Shown in pieces: positions 15,497 through 22,968 of a stretch of 24,000 nt of DNA. Every line of letters begins with the position of its first letter. Positions within the stretch are counted from its first letter, which is position 1. The notes under the pieces were generated by a model. It did no database searches, was not told where the DNA came from, and worked only from the letters and a program-made list of their open reading frames with translations. The position numbers and the translations under genes were made by a program. The stretch covers positions 1 through 24,000 of the forward strand of contig JAFGLF010000086.1 of assembly GCA_016928195.1 (NCBI GenBank). Direction: 5' to 3'. The DNA is from Elusimicrobiota bacterium (GTDB lineage Bacteria > Elusimicrobiota > UBA8919).

Positions 15497-16255
15497 TCAC
15501 CTTTCCTTTATTTTCATTTTTATGGGTCCTACGGATGACCCGGTTGTAAATTGTTTCATATAAGGGTTATCAGTTTTCTTTATTTCGTCAGGGGTTCCTT
15601 CTCCTATAATTCTGCCGTCGTGAAGCATAGCAATGTGATTCGAAATTTTATATGCGCTCACCATGTCGTGAGTAACTACAATCGTTGTTATGTTTAGACT
15701 TTTCTGGAGATGAATTATCAGGTCATTAATTACATCTGCCATAATAGGGTCGATCCCTGTGGTCGGTTCGTCATAAAAAATGTACTTCGGGTCCGTAGCA
15801 ATTGCTCTTGCAAGCGCTACTCTTTTTTTCATTCCGCCCGACAATTCTGCCGGTTTCATATGTTCTATTCCCTGCAGACCGACCATAGACAGACATTTAA
15901 CAACTTTTTCAGAAATATCTTTTTCTGTTAAGCGTTTAAGATTTCTCAATCCGAATGCAACATTATCAGAAACAGTCAGGGAATCAAAAAGTGCAGCGCT
16001 CTGAAAAAGAAACCCGAACTTTTTCTGAACTTCAGAGAGCGGTTTTTCCGTAAGACCCGTTGTTTCGGTGCCGTCAATATATATTCTGCCGGAGTCGGGT
16101 TTTAAAAGTCCGACAATATGCTTTATTAAAACAGATTTGCCGCAGCCGCTGCCTCCTATAATTGTGAGTGTTTCTCCGTCTTTTATTTCAAGATTAACAC
16201 CTTTGAGTACGTGGTTATCTCCAAATGATCTATGAAGATTTTCTATTTTTATCAT
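15497..16255 (-). CDS. mlaF: ABC transporter ATP-binding protein MlaF
   Basis: Track ORF of 252 aa with Walker A GGSGCGKS, signature LSGGMKKRVALARA and Walker B IFYDEPTTGIDP. Confidence 0.85.
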   Translation of the reverse strand: MIKIENLHRSFGDNHVLKGVNLEIKDGETLTIIGGSGCGKSVLIKHIVGLLKPDSGRIYIDGTETTGLTEKPLSEVQKKFGFLFQSAALFDSLTVSDNVAFGLRNLKRLTEKDISEKVVKCLSMVGLQGIEHMKPAELSGGMKKRVALARAIATDPKYIFYDEPTTGIDPIMADVINDLIIHLQKSLNITTIVVTHDMVSAYKISNHIAMLHDGRIIGEGTPDEIKKTDNPYMKQFTTGSSVGPIKMKIKER

Positions 16256-16263
16256 AAAAAAGC

Positions 16264-16343
16264 ATACGAATTACCGCGAATCAACTACCGAATTACCACA
16301 AATAATTAGCGGTGATTTGGATTTTTATTTGCGGTCATTTGCG
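16264..16343. repeat. intercistronic inverted word-array element (mlaE|mlaF spacer), more degenerate
   Basis: Forward words are ACGAAT 16266-16271, CGCGAAT 16275-16281, CCGAAT 16288-16293 and CACAAAT 16297-16303. Reverse words are ATTAGCG 16305-16311, ATTTGG 16315-16320, ATTTGCGG 16327-16334 and ATTTGCG 16337-16343. Spacing is 10, 12, 10 on both arms. Confidence 0.7.
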
Positions 16344-16350
16344 CTCTTTA

Positions 16351-17136
16351 TCAGCCGATGCCCAGAAAAACCAGAAGTGCTGTTAAAAAGTAATCGGACA
16401 CAAGAATCATTACCATAGAAATTACGACGGTTTGGGTGGTTGCCTGGCCTACTCCTTCCGCACCGCCTTCGCAGTTAAATCCTTTGTAACAGGCAACGGT
16501 AACGATTATTAGTGCAAAAATAACAGATTTTATAAGTCCGTGAAAAAGGTCCTCAACACGCATGTAATCAAGTATATCTCCTTTATAAACAGCAGGGGCT
16601 ATACCCAGTTTATATATACTTACAAAAAAACCGCCGAATATTCCCACAATATCCGCGATTATGGTAAGTACGGGAAGCATTATAATTATGGAAAAAAATC
16701 TCGGAACTGCAAGGTATCTTGTTGGGTTTGTACCTAAAGTGTGCAGTGCATCTATTTGTTCCGTAACCTTCATTGTACCCAGTTCTGCTGCAATAGCAGC
16801 TCCGACACGTCCCGCAATGACTATGGCGGTCAAAACCGGACCAAGCTCCTTTACTATTGAAAATCCGACAACACTTCCTATGTATATAGGTTCGTTGAAA
16901 ATATTTCTTGTTGAATATGCTGTCTGCAGAGCCAAAACCATTCCGGTAAAAGCGGATGTAAGAACTATAACCGGAACCGAGGCAACACCAATTGCAATCA
17001 TCTGATTTATGGTAGTTGTTTTGCCGGTTTTTTCGGAAAACATACTGTAAATTGTTTTTGTAAACATCTTATATGCATTGCCTATGTCTTCTGATATTTC
17101 GAGGAATTTTTTCCCTATTAAATTAATAATTTTCAT
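16351..17136 (-). CDS. mlaE: ABC transporter permease MlaE
   Basis: Track ORF of 261 aa, polytopic, with the MlaE/YrbE pattern (ELGPVLTAIVIAGRVGAAIAAELGTMKVTEQIDAL). Confidence 0.85.
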   Translation of the reverse strand: MKIINLIGKKFLEISEDIGNAYKMFTKTIYSMFSEKTGKTTTINQMIAIGVASVPVIVLTSAFTGMVLALQTAYSTRNIFNEPIYIGSVVGFSIVKELGPVLTAIVIAGRVGAAIAAELGTMKVTEQIDALHTLGTNPTRYLAVPRFFSIIIMLPVLTIIADIVGIFGGFFVSIYKLGIAPAVYKGDILDYMRVEDLFHGLIKSVIFALIIVTVACYKGFNCEGGAEGVGQATTQTVVISMVMILVSDYFLTALLVFLGIG

Positions 17137-17137
17137 T

Positions 17138-17257
17138 TCGCTTCGCTCAAATACGAATTACACGAATTGCAGCAAATGACACGAATAAGTTCGGATGCGA
17201 TTCGATTTTTTTATTCGGCATTTATTCGTTAATTCTATTTATATGTTTCTATTCGTG
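17138..17257. repeat. intercistronic inverted word-array element (alr|mlaE spacer), ACGAAT type
   Basis: TCGCTTCGCTC 17138-17148 abuts the mlaE start. Forward words are ACGAAT 17153-17158 and 17162-17167, GCAAAT 17172-17177 and ACGAAT 17181-17186. Reverse words are ATTCGA 17200-17205, ATTCGG 17213-17218, ATTCGT 17224-17229 and ATTCGTG 17251-17257. Confidence 0.75.
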
Positions 17258-17260
17258 ATG

Positions 17261-18382
17261 TTACACATATACTCTTGGAACTCTTTTTGAAATTGATGTA
17301 AGTATTTCATAGTTTATAGTCCCGCATCTCTTTGCAACCTCTTCTGCAGAAATATTTTCCTTATTCTGTGAACCTATAATTACCACCTCATCGCCTACCG
17401 AAACATTTTTAACATCAGTAACATCTATCATCGCCATATCCATACAGACCCTGCCTGCAACAGGAACTCTCTTGCCTTTTACAAGAACCTTTGCATCCGA
17501 TGGCGGAGATGAATTTGTTCTTAAGAAACCGTCGGCATAGCCTATTGCTATTGTTGCTATTTTCGAACGTTTTTTTGTAAAAAACGTCCTGCAGTAACTA
17601 ATTGATGTGTTTTTAGGGACGGTTTTTAAAAAAATAATATTTGTTTTGAGAGATAAAGCAGGTTTTGTAGGAAGAACTTTATCGGATTTATCAAACGGCA
17701 GAAGCCCGTAAATCAGAAGTCCCGGGCGCACCATATTAAAATGTGAGGCCTTATATTTTAAAATAGAGGCGCTTGCAGAAATATGTTTATATTTAATTTG
17801 TTTATATTTGGAAGAATTTACCAGCTTTTTAAAAGATGATATCTGTCTTTGGGTAAACCTTTTTGATTCGACCGCGCATGGAATATGTGAGTATATGCCT
17901 TCCATATAAATTTTCCCGAATTTATTTATATTTTCCAGTAATGTTACCGATGTGTTGGGAGTAATACCTATTCTGCCCATTCCTGTATCAATTTTCAAAT
18001 GAAAAGAAATCCTTTTATTAAATTTCTTTGCATAAGAATTCAGTGCTTTAAGCCCGGAAACACTGGCAATAGTCGGAATCAGTTTATATGTTATTATGTC
18101 TTCAAAGTTTCTAAACGGGTATATACTTCCAAGTATTAAAATATCTTTTTTTATCCCTGCTCTCCGCAGTTCAATACCCTCTTCGATTGTTGCAACACCA
18201 AAAACTTTTACAGAAGTATTTTCCAGAGTTTTTGCAACAGCAACAGCGCCGTGCCCGTAAGCATCCGCCTTAACAACGGCGAGTATGTTGACATTCTTTC
18301 CGGCAAATTTTTTTAATATTTCTAAGTTATGCTTAATATTTTTAAGGTTTATTTCTGCATACGTCTGTCTCAGAATACTCAT
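17261..18382 (-). CDS. alr: alanine racemase
   Basis: Track ORF of 373 aa with the PLP-lysine motif AVVKADAYGHGA and the C-terminal pattern AGRVCMDMAMIDV. Confidence 0.93.
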   Translation of the reverse strand: MSILRQTYAEINLKNIKHNLEILKKFAGKNVNILAVVKADAYGHGAVAVAKTLENTSVKVFGVATIEEGIELRRAGIKKDILILGSIYPFRNFEDIITYKLIPTIASVSGLKALNSYAKKFNKRISFHLKIDTGMGRIGITPNTSVTLLENINKFGKIYMEGIYSHIPCAVESKRFTQRQISSFKKLVNSSKYKQIKYKHISASASILKYKASHFNMVRPGLLIYGLLPFDKSDKVLPTKPALSLKTNIIFLKTVPKNTSISYCRTFFTKKRSKIATIAIGYADGFLRTNSSPPSDAKVLVKGKRVPVAGRVCMDMAMIDVTDVKNVSVGDEVVIIGSQNKENISAEEVAKRCGTINYEILTSISKRVPRVYV

Positions 18383-18385
18383 ATA

Positions 18386-19756
18386 TTATTTACCGGCGCT
18401 TTCGAATCTGGTATACTCCTTGAAGAATCTCATATTTATTGTAGGGGTTCTGCCGTTTCTATTTTTAGCAACAATTAATTCTGCATTACTGATCAAACTT
18501 GAAGCTTCAATACTTTCAGGATTATTACTATATAATTCCGGCAGATAGAGCATTAAAACCATGTCGGCATCCTGTTCTATGGCACCCGACTCTCTTAAAT
18601 CTGCCAGACGCGGTTTCCCTGCCTGACTGCCGGTTCTTTTTTCAGGTTCCCTTGACAACTGTGATAGTGCTATTACAGGAACATCGAGGTCTTTGGACAT
18701 GATTTTAAGCGAACGTGAAATCTCCGCTACATCCTGCTGACGGTACTCAGAACGTCCGGTTTTACCAGCCATAAGCTGAAGATAATCTATGATAATAAGA
18801 TCAAGATCTTTAATTTCTGTTGCAAGACGTCTTGCCCGTGCTTTCATTTCCAGAACGCTAAGTGCTGCAGAATCATCAATGAATATTTTTGCATCTTTTA
18901 GTTTCTCACCTGCAGTTGTAAGCCTTGGCCAGTATTCCTTTGTAAAATATCCCGTTCTAACTTTAGTACTTGATACCCTTGCCTGGGAACATAAAAATCT
19001 CATAAGCAGTTCATCATTTGACATTTCAAGTGAAAATATCAATATAGATTTTTTATGTAAAAGTGCTGCATTTTCGGCAATATTCAGACCGAGCGATGTT
19101 TTACCTGTCCCGGGCCGTCCTGCGATAATAATCAGATTTGATTTACGGAAACCTCCGCTTGCCCTGTCTAAATCAACAAATCCGCTTGGTATACCAGGAA
19201 CCTCGTTTTTATTTTCATAAAGTGCTTCTATATTATCCAGTGCGGGATTTATAAGGTTGGTTACTTTTACAGGCCCTCTTATTATTCTTTTCTCGGAAAT
19301 ATTAAATATAATCTGGGAGATTGTATCTGTAACGATGTCTATATCTTCCAATTTAGAGGCAGTTACATCCCCGATTATTTTTCTGCCTGCCCTTAACAAG
19401 TCTCTTAGAATTGATTTATCCTTTACGATTTTAGCATAATGTTCAACATTTGATGCTGTAACTACTGTGTCCACAAGTGAAGCAAGGTAATTATTACCAC
19501 CCAATGCTGCTACAGTAGGTTCTGATTTTGTAGTTTCGCCAATTAGAACTATATCCACACTGCCTTTGGTCATATCATACATTTTGATTATCTCACGAAA
19601 AATTACTCTGTGCGCGGTAGCATAAAAGTCGCCTTCTTCAAGCATATCAAGGGCAACCTCTATTGCTTCTCTTTCTATAAGCATTGACCCAAGTACAGCC
19701 CTTTCGGCTTCTAAATTCTGCGGTATAATTATTTCGGTTAAAATATTATCTGCCAT
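18386..19756 (-). CDS. dnaB: replicative DNA helicase DnaB
   Basis: Track ORF of 456 aa. N-terminal PQNLEAERAVLGSML, Walker A AGRPGTGKTS, IIIDYLQLM and the SQLSR motif. No intein-sized insertion. Confidence 0.96.
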   Translation of the reverse strand: MADNILTEIIIPQNLEAERAVLGSMLIEREAIEVALDMLEEGDFYATAHRVIFREIIKMYDMTKGSVDIVLIGETTKSEPTVAALGGNNYLASLVDTVVTASNVEHYAKIVKDKSILRDLLRAGRKIIGDVTASKLEDIDIVTDTISQIIFNISEKRIIRGPVKVTNLINPALDNIEALYENKNEVPGIPSGFVDLDRASGGFRKSNLIIIAGRPGTGKTSLGLNIAENAALLHKKSILIFSLEMSNDELLMRFLCSQARVSSTKVRTGYFTKEYWPRLTTAGEKLKDAKIFIDDSAALSVLEMKARARRLATEIKDLDLIIIDYLQLMAGKTGRSEYRQQDVAEISRSLKIMSKDLDVPVIALSQLSREPEKRTGSQAGKPRLADLRESGAIEQDADMVLMLYLPELYSNNPESIEASSLISNAELIVAKNRNGRTPTINMRFFKEYTRFESAGK

Positions 19757-19774
19757 ACCTACCTTCCCATTTTA

Positions 19775-20266
19775 TTATTCTTTATTCTCCTGAGTTCCCT
19801 TATCCTCTGATTTTTCAGCCTCCTTTCTGACAACCCAGACCTTTATCATTGCAGTAACTTCATGGTGAATTTTTATTTTAATATCAAAAGCCCCGAGTTC
19901 CTTTAAAGGGTGTTCGAGAATGATATCTTTTTTATCAATATTAAATCCTTCAGATTTTAATGCTTCTGAAATATCCGATGCGACAACCGAGCCGAAAACT
20001 TTGTTTTCCTTTCCTACTTCAACGGATATTGTTACCGATACTTCCGAAAGTTTATTTGCAAATTCCTGAGCCTTTTCAATTTCTTTTTTTAAATTTTCAA
20101 GGGCTTTGGCCTTATACTTCTCTACAGTTTTTAAATTATTTCTTGTTGCTTCAAGAGCTAATCCTTTAGGAAAAAGAAAATTCCTTGCATAACCGTCTTT
20201 TACGTTTTTTACATCGCCTACTTTTCCCAATCCCGCAACCTCCTGTTTTAAAATAACCTTTGCCAC
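19775..20266 (-). CDS. rplI: 50S ribosomal protein L9
   Basis: Track ORF of 163 aa with a GTG start preceded by AAGGGGGT. N-terminus (M)[36 protein letters not shown]. Confidence 0.93.
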   Translation of the reverse strand: MAKVILKQEVAGLGKVGDVKNVKDGYARNFLFPKGLALEATRNNLKTVEKYKAKALENLKKEIEKAQEFANKLSEVSVTISVEVGKENKVFGSVVASDISEALKSEGFNIDKKDIILEHPLKELGAFDIKIKIHHEVTAMIKVWVVRKEAEKSEDKGTQENKE

Positions 20267-20280
20267 TTTTACCCCCTTAT

Positions 20281-21201
20281 TTATATTTTATCTTCAGTAT
20301 CTTGCACAGAAATGTCATTTTCTTTATTACGACGTCTTTTTCTAAAGTCAAACCATACATCAGAAATACCGAGAAGTACAGCTAACGGCGGATATAAAAA
20401 GAAAACCAGATATACAATAAAAATTGCCATACGGGATTTGCTAAAAAGATATTTTCCTATAGATATTCCGCCTATGAAATAAATAAAAAATAACAGATAA
20501 AGTAAGTTCTCAAAAAGCTGGGAAAGCGTATTATGTTTAAAGCGATAACCTATTAAGTAAAACAGGATAGAAAAAATTAAAATAAATATTACATTTTCAG
20601 GTATTCGCCACTTTTCGAAGGATGGGAGTTTTTTAAGAGTAATATTAAACTTTGGAGCAGTGAAAGATAAAAAGATGTAGGAAAGAAAAACATTCATCAT
20701 TATAAATATTACCGCAATTGCATAAATATTTTTCATGATAACATTAAAAATTATATCCAGTTTTTCTTTAGGTATATCGGATACAATTTTACTAACCATT
20801 CCTGAAGTCTGGGGATCCCCAATGTTTAGTGACAGCATCAACACAAGACTTGTAATGGATACTATAAAACATGATTCAAGGGTTATTCGCCACGGGTTAT
20901 TTTTTTTAATAATACCATAATATAAAACTACAGAATTCAATACAACAAATAAGCTGAAAGGAAAAAGAAAAATATATCCCGTCGGGACTATCTTATATAT
21001 AGCCAGCGAGGACAATAAAATTCCGATTAAACCGGTTAAGATACCGTTTTTAATAAACAGAAGCACAAGCGATACAGATGAAAAAGGCAAGAAGAATATA
21101 CCGATGACCGGGATGGAAAATCCGGACACAAAAAATAAGAATATTAGAATAGAAAAAATTAAAACACGTTTTGCGGTAGATATAGGCATTGTATTTTTCA
21201 A
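20281..21201 (-). CDS. polytopic membrane protein, YybS-like (DUF2232-type) by position and topology
   Basis: Track ORF of 306 aa, highly hydrophobic with multiple TM helices. It sits between rpsR and rplI, as yybS does in Firmicutes. The track start at 21201 is TTG; ATG at 21189 (MPISTAKR...) is an alternative. Confidence 0.6.
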   Translation of the reverse strand: MKNTMPISTAKRVLIFSILIFLFFVSGFSIPVIGIFFLPFSSVSLVLLFIKNGILTGLIGILLSSLAIYKIVPTGYIFLFPFSLFVVLNSVVLYYGIIKKNNPWRITLESCFIVSITSLVLMLSLNIGDPQTSGMVSKIVSDIPKEKLDIIFNVIMKNIYAIAVIFIMMNVFLSYIFLSFTAPKFNITLKKLPSFEKWRIPENVIFILIFSILFYLIGYRFKHNTLSQLFENLLYLLFFIYFIGGISIGKYLFSKSRMAIFIVYLVFFLYPPLAVLLGISDVWFDFRKRRRNKENDISVQDTEDKI

Positions 21202-21206
21202 ATACT

Positions 21207-21316
21207 GATTACACAGATTTCTTTCGCCTCGGCGAATCCGCCGCGGCGGAAAAAACGATTACACAGATTCCCATCTAGACTTTAATCTGCGTAATCTGCC
21301 GTATAATCTTTTAATC
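21207..21316. repeat. intercistronic inverted word-array element (rpsR|yybS-like spacer), GATTACACAGATT type, with a GC palindrome
   Basis: GATTACACAGATT 21207-21219, then AATCCGCCGCGGCGGA 21235-21250, then GATTACACAGATT 21257-21269. Reverse arm is AATCTGCGTAATC 21284-21296 and the degenerate AATCTTTTAATC 21305-21316. A further 7-bp hairpin GAGATTG 21318-21324 / CAATCTC 21338-21344 overlaps the rpsR stop. Confidence 0.85.
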
Positions 21317-21342
21317 AGAGATTGCCTGGTTTTTTAACAATC

Positions 21343-21624
21343 TCATAAATTTGAAAACGGAATTATGGCAATATTTCTTGCTCTTTTTATTTCGCGGGTC
21401 AAAATTCTCTGATGTTTTACACAAACACCTGTAAATCTTGAAGATAAAATTTTACCTCTTTCGGTAATATAGTTTTTAATAAGACCTATATTTTTATAAT
21501 CAATCTCTATTTTATCTGCACAAAATCTGCAGAATTTTTTCTTAAACATTTTGCGGCGTTTTGAAAATTTCCCCTTTTTATGTATAAACCTTTTTTTTGG
21601 TGCACCACTACCTGGTCCTGGCAT
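21343..21624 (-). CDS. rpsR: 30S ribosomal protein S18
   Basis: Track ORF of 93 aa with CRFCADKIEIDYKN....YITERGKILSSRFTG.C.KHQR.L...IKRAR. AGGAGGG lies upstream of the ATG. Confidence 0.93.
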   Translation of the reverse strand: MPGPGSGAPKKRFIHKKGKFSKRRKMFKKKFCRFCADKIEIDYKNIGLIKNYITERGKILSSRFTGVCVKHQRILTREIKRARNIAIIPFSNL

Positions 21625-21644
21625 GTTATTTCCCTCCTATAATT

Positions 21645-21742
21645 GCGATTCAGACAGATGGAAGCGAATGCATACAGATTAAATCTGTATAAATCCGAAC
21701 TTTTATCTGTTTAAATCCGCGTTTTTCATCCGTTTACATCGT
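21645..21742. repeat. intercistronic inverted word-array element (ssb|rpsR spacer), alternating ACAGAT / GCGAAT words
   Basis: Forward words are GCGATT 21645-21650, ACAGAT 21654-21659, GCGAAT 21664-21669 and ACAGAT 21674-21679. The central near-palindrome is ATACAGATT-A-AATCTGTAT (21672-21690). Reverse words are ATCTGT 21683-21688, ATCCG 21693-21697, ATCTGT 21705-21710, ATCCGC 21715-21720, ATCCGT 21728-21733 and ATCGT 21738-21742. Confidence 0.75.
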
Positions 21743-21750
21743 TCCTAATA

Positions 21751-22191
21751 TCAGAATGGTATTTCATCAGCTTTTTTCTTTTTTGTTTTAGTAGACGGTG
21801 TATACTCTTCAACCGGTGTTTCACTTACGGAATCTTCATCTACATCCGGACCTTTACTGCTTTTTTTCGGCATTAGATGAAGTCTCTCCCCTATCACTAC
21901 CAATTTACTTCTTTTTTGACCGTCTTTGCTTTCCCATGTGTCCTGTTTCAGACGGCCTTCTACAAGTATGCTGTCGCCTTTGTGGACATAGTTTTGACAA
22001 ATTTCTGCCTGTTTCCCAAAAAATGTTATATCAACAAAACATGCTTCATCTTTCGGCGAACCATCGGCAAGCTTATATCTCCTGTTAATACCAACTCCAA
22101 AGCCTGCAATAGGAGTACCGCTTGGAGCAAATCTAACTTCGGGATCCCTGGTAACGTTTCCCATTAAAATAACTTTACTAAAACTTGCCAT
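21751..22191 (-). CDS. ssb: single-stranded DNA-binding protein
   Basis: Track ORF of 146 aa. OB-fold N-terminus (KVILMGNVTRDPEVRF) and an acidic C-terminal tip ending DEIPF. GGAGG lies upstream. Confidence 0.95.
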   Translation of the reverse strand: MASFSKVILMGNVTRDPEVRFAPSGTPIAGFGVGINRRYKLADGSPKDEACFVDITFFGKQAEICQNYVHKGDSILVEGRLKQDTWESKDGQKRSKLVVIGERLHLMPKKSSKGPDVDEDSVSETPVEEYTPSTKTKKKKADEIPF

Positions 22192-22206
22192 ACAACCTCC
22201 ATGTAA

Positions 22207-22309
22207 GCGAAACGCAGTTGAAACTCATAGAAATTCATAGAAACTCATTGTTATTTTTAAACAACAGTATTTCTATTATATTTCTACCATATTTCCACCG
22301 TATTTCTAG
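22207..22309. repeat. intercistronic inverted word-array element (rpsF|ssb spacer), CATAGAAA type
   Basis: GAAA cores lie at 22209, 22220, 22230 and 22240, including CATAGAAA at 22226-22233 and 22236-22243. The loop contains TTGTT 22248-22252 / AACAA 22260-22264. TATTTCTA/TATTTCCA words have TTTC at 22270, 22281, 22292 and 22303. The last word overlaps the rpsF stop. Confidence 0.8.
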
Positions 22310-22665
22310 TTATCTTCGTTTTTGATATCTGTTTCTGCTGGTTTTTCTTCTTTTTTAGATTCTGTCTTTTTCTTTAGTGACTTATCAAGTTTTATGGTGA
22401 TATATTTAATCACAGAATCACTGGTTCTAAAAAAGTTTTCAAGTTCCGCGACGATTTTACCGTCACAGGAAAAATGAAAAAGGTAATAACTGCCTTCCTT
22501 ATATTTTTTCACCGGATAAGCAAGACGTCTTTTACCCCAGCTATCTGACAAAATAATGGTGCCTTCGTTCGAAGTTATAATTCCTTTGGTTTTTGTCAGA
22601 ACCGTGTCAACCTTTTCACTCGACAAGTTCGGTTTCAATATGAAAACCGTTTCATAATTAGGCAT
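22306..22665 (-). CDS. rpsF: 30S ribosomal protein S6
   Basis: The track ORF starts at 22686, but the ATG at 22665 is preceded by AAGGAGGAG at proper spacing. That start gives the canonical S6 N-terminus MPNYETVFILKP. Confidence 0.9.
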   Translation of the reverse strand: MPNYETVFILKPNLSSEKVDTVLTKTKGIITSNEGTIILSDSWGKRRLAYPVKKYKEGSYYLFHFSCDGKIVAELENFFRTSDSVIKYITIKLDKSLKKKTESKKEEKPAETDIKNEDN

Positions 22666-22797
22666 GAACTCCTCCTTTTTGGCCATAAACCCGATTATTG
22701 ATTTGTTTGCGGGTTAAGACCTCCCGACTCATCGATCGGGAAGTAAAGTGTAGGGGAACAACCTCAAGGGTGGTTAGAACCTGCACATTGCGTAGAT
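22666..22797 (-). promoter_or_regulatory. structured rpsF leader (candidate S6:S18 autoregulatory 5' UTR)
   Basis: In the mRNA sense there is an 8-bp hairpin CUUCCCGA-(8 nt)-UCGGGAGG (22743-22720), with one G.U pair only in this sense. A 6-bp hairpin AACCCG-(16 nt)-CGGGUU (22715-22688) sits just 5' of the AAGGAGGAG Shine-Dalgarno. I cannot confirm a match to the published rpsF-leader consensus by eye. Confidence 0.3.
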
Positions 22798-22832
22798 ATT
22801 ATAGCCTATCGCAAAAGTCGCTCTCGGCTAAT

Positions 22833-22895
22833 GATTACACAGATAGATAGTATGGACTTAATCTGTGTAATCGGTATTTTATAATCACTGTAATC
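22833..22895. repeat. GATTACACAGAT hairpin element within the predicted rpsF operon 5' UTR
   Basis: GATTACACAGAT 22833-22844 pairs with ATCTGTGTAATC 22861-22872 (12 bp, 16-nt loop). A further reverse copy, AATCACTGTAATC, lies at 22883-22895. Confidence 0.8.
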
Positions 22896-22923
22896 AAGGG
22901 CTGAGTTTTACGAAGCCATAGAT

Positions 22924-22952
22924 ATTATACAATAAAAATCTGATTTTTTCAA
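22924..22952 (-). promoter_or_regulatory. near-consensus sigma-70-type promoter for the rpsF-ssb-rpsR operon
   Basis: The minus strand reads TTGAAA (22952-22947), a 17-nt spacer, then TATAAT (22929-22924). It lies in the 300-nt gap downstream of the SIMPL gene. Confidence 0.6.
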
Positions 22953-22968
22953 CACAAAATATATTGTT

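Noticed and set aside
22207-22309. CRISPR-like appearance of the regularly spaced short repeats (also at 12991-13068 and 14450-14537)
   Set aside because: The words are only 6-13 nt with 2-12 nt between them. Each locus has two halves in inverted orientation and only about eight words. No cas genes are present. This is not a CRISPR array.
22666-22686. Seven-codon N-terminal extension of rpsF (MAKKEEF) given by the ORF track
   Set aside because: The extension consists of the Shine-Dalgarno AAGGAGGAG itself. The downstream ATG at 22665 gives the canonical S6 N-terminus.
22687-22830. Possible tRNA, SRP RNA or other housekeeping ncRNA in the long rpsF upstream gap
   Set aside because: There is no cloverleaf, no GTTCRA T-loop and no GNRA-capped SRP domain IV pattern on either strand. 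The hairpins are better explained as a 5' UTR leader.
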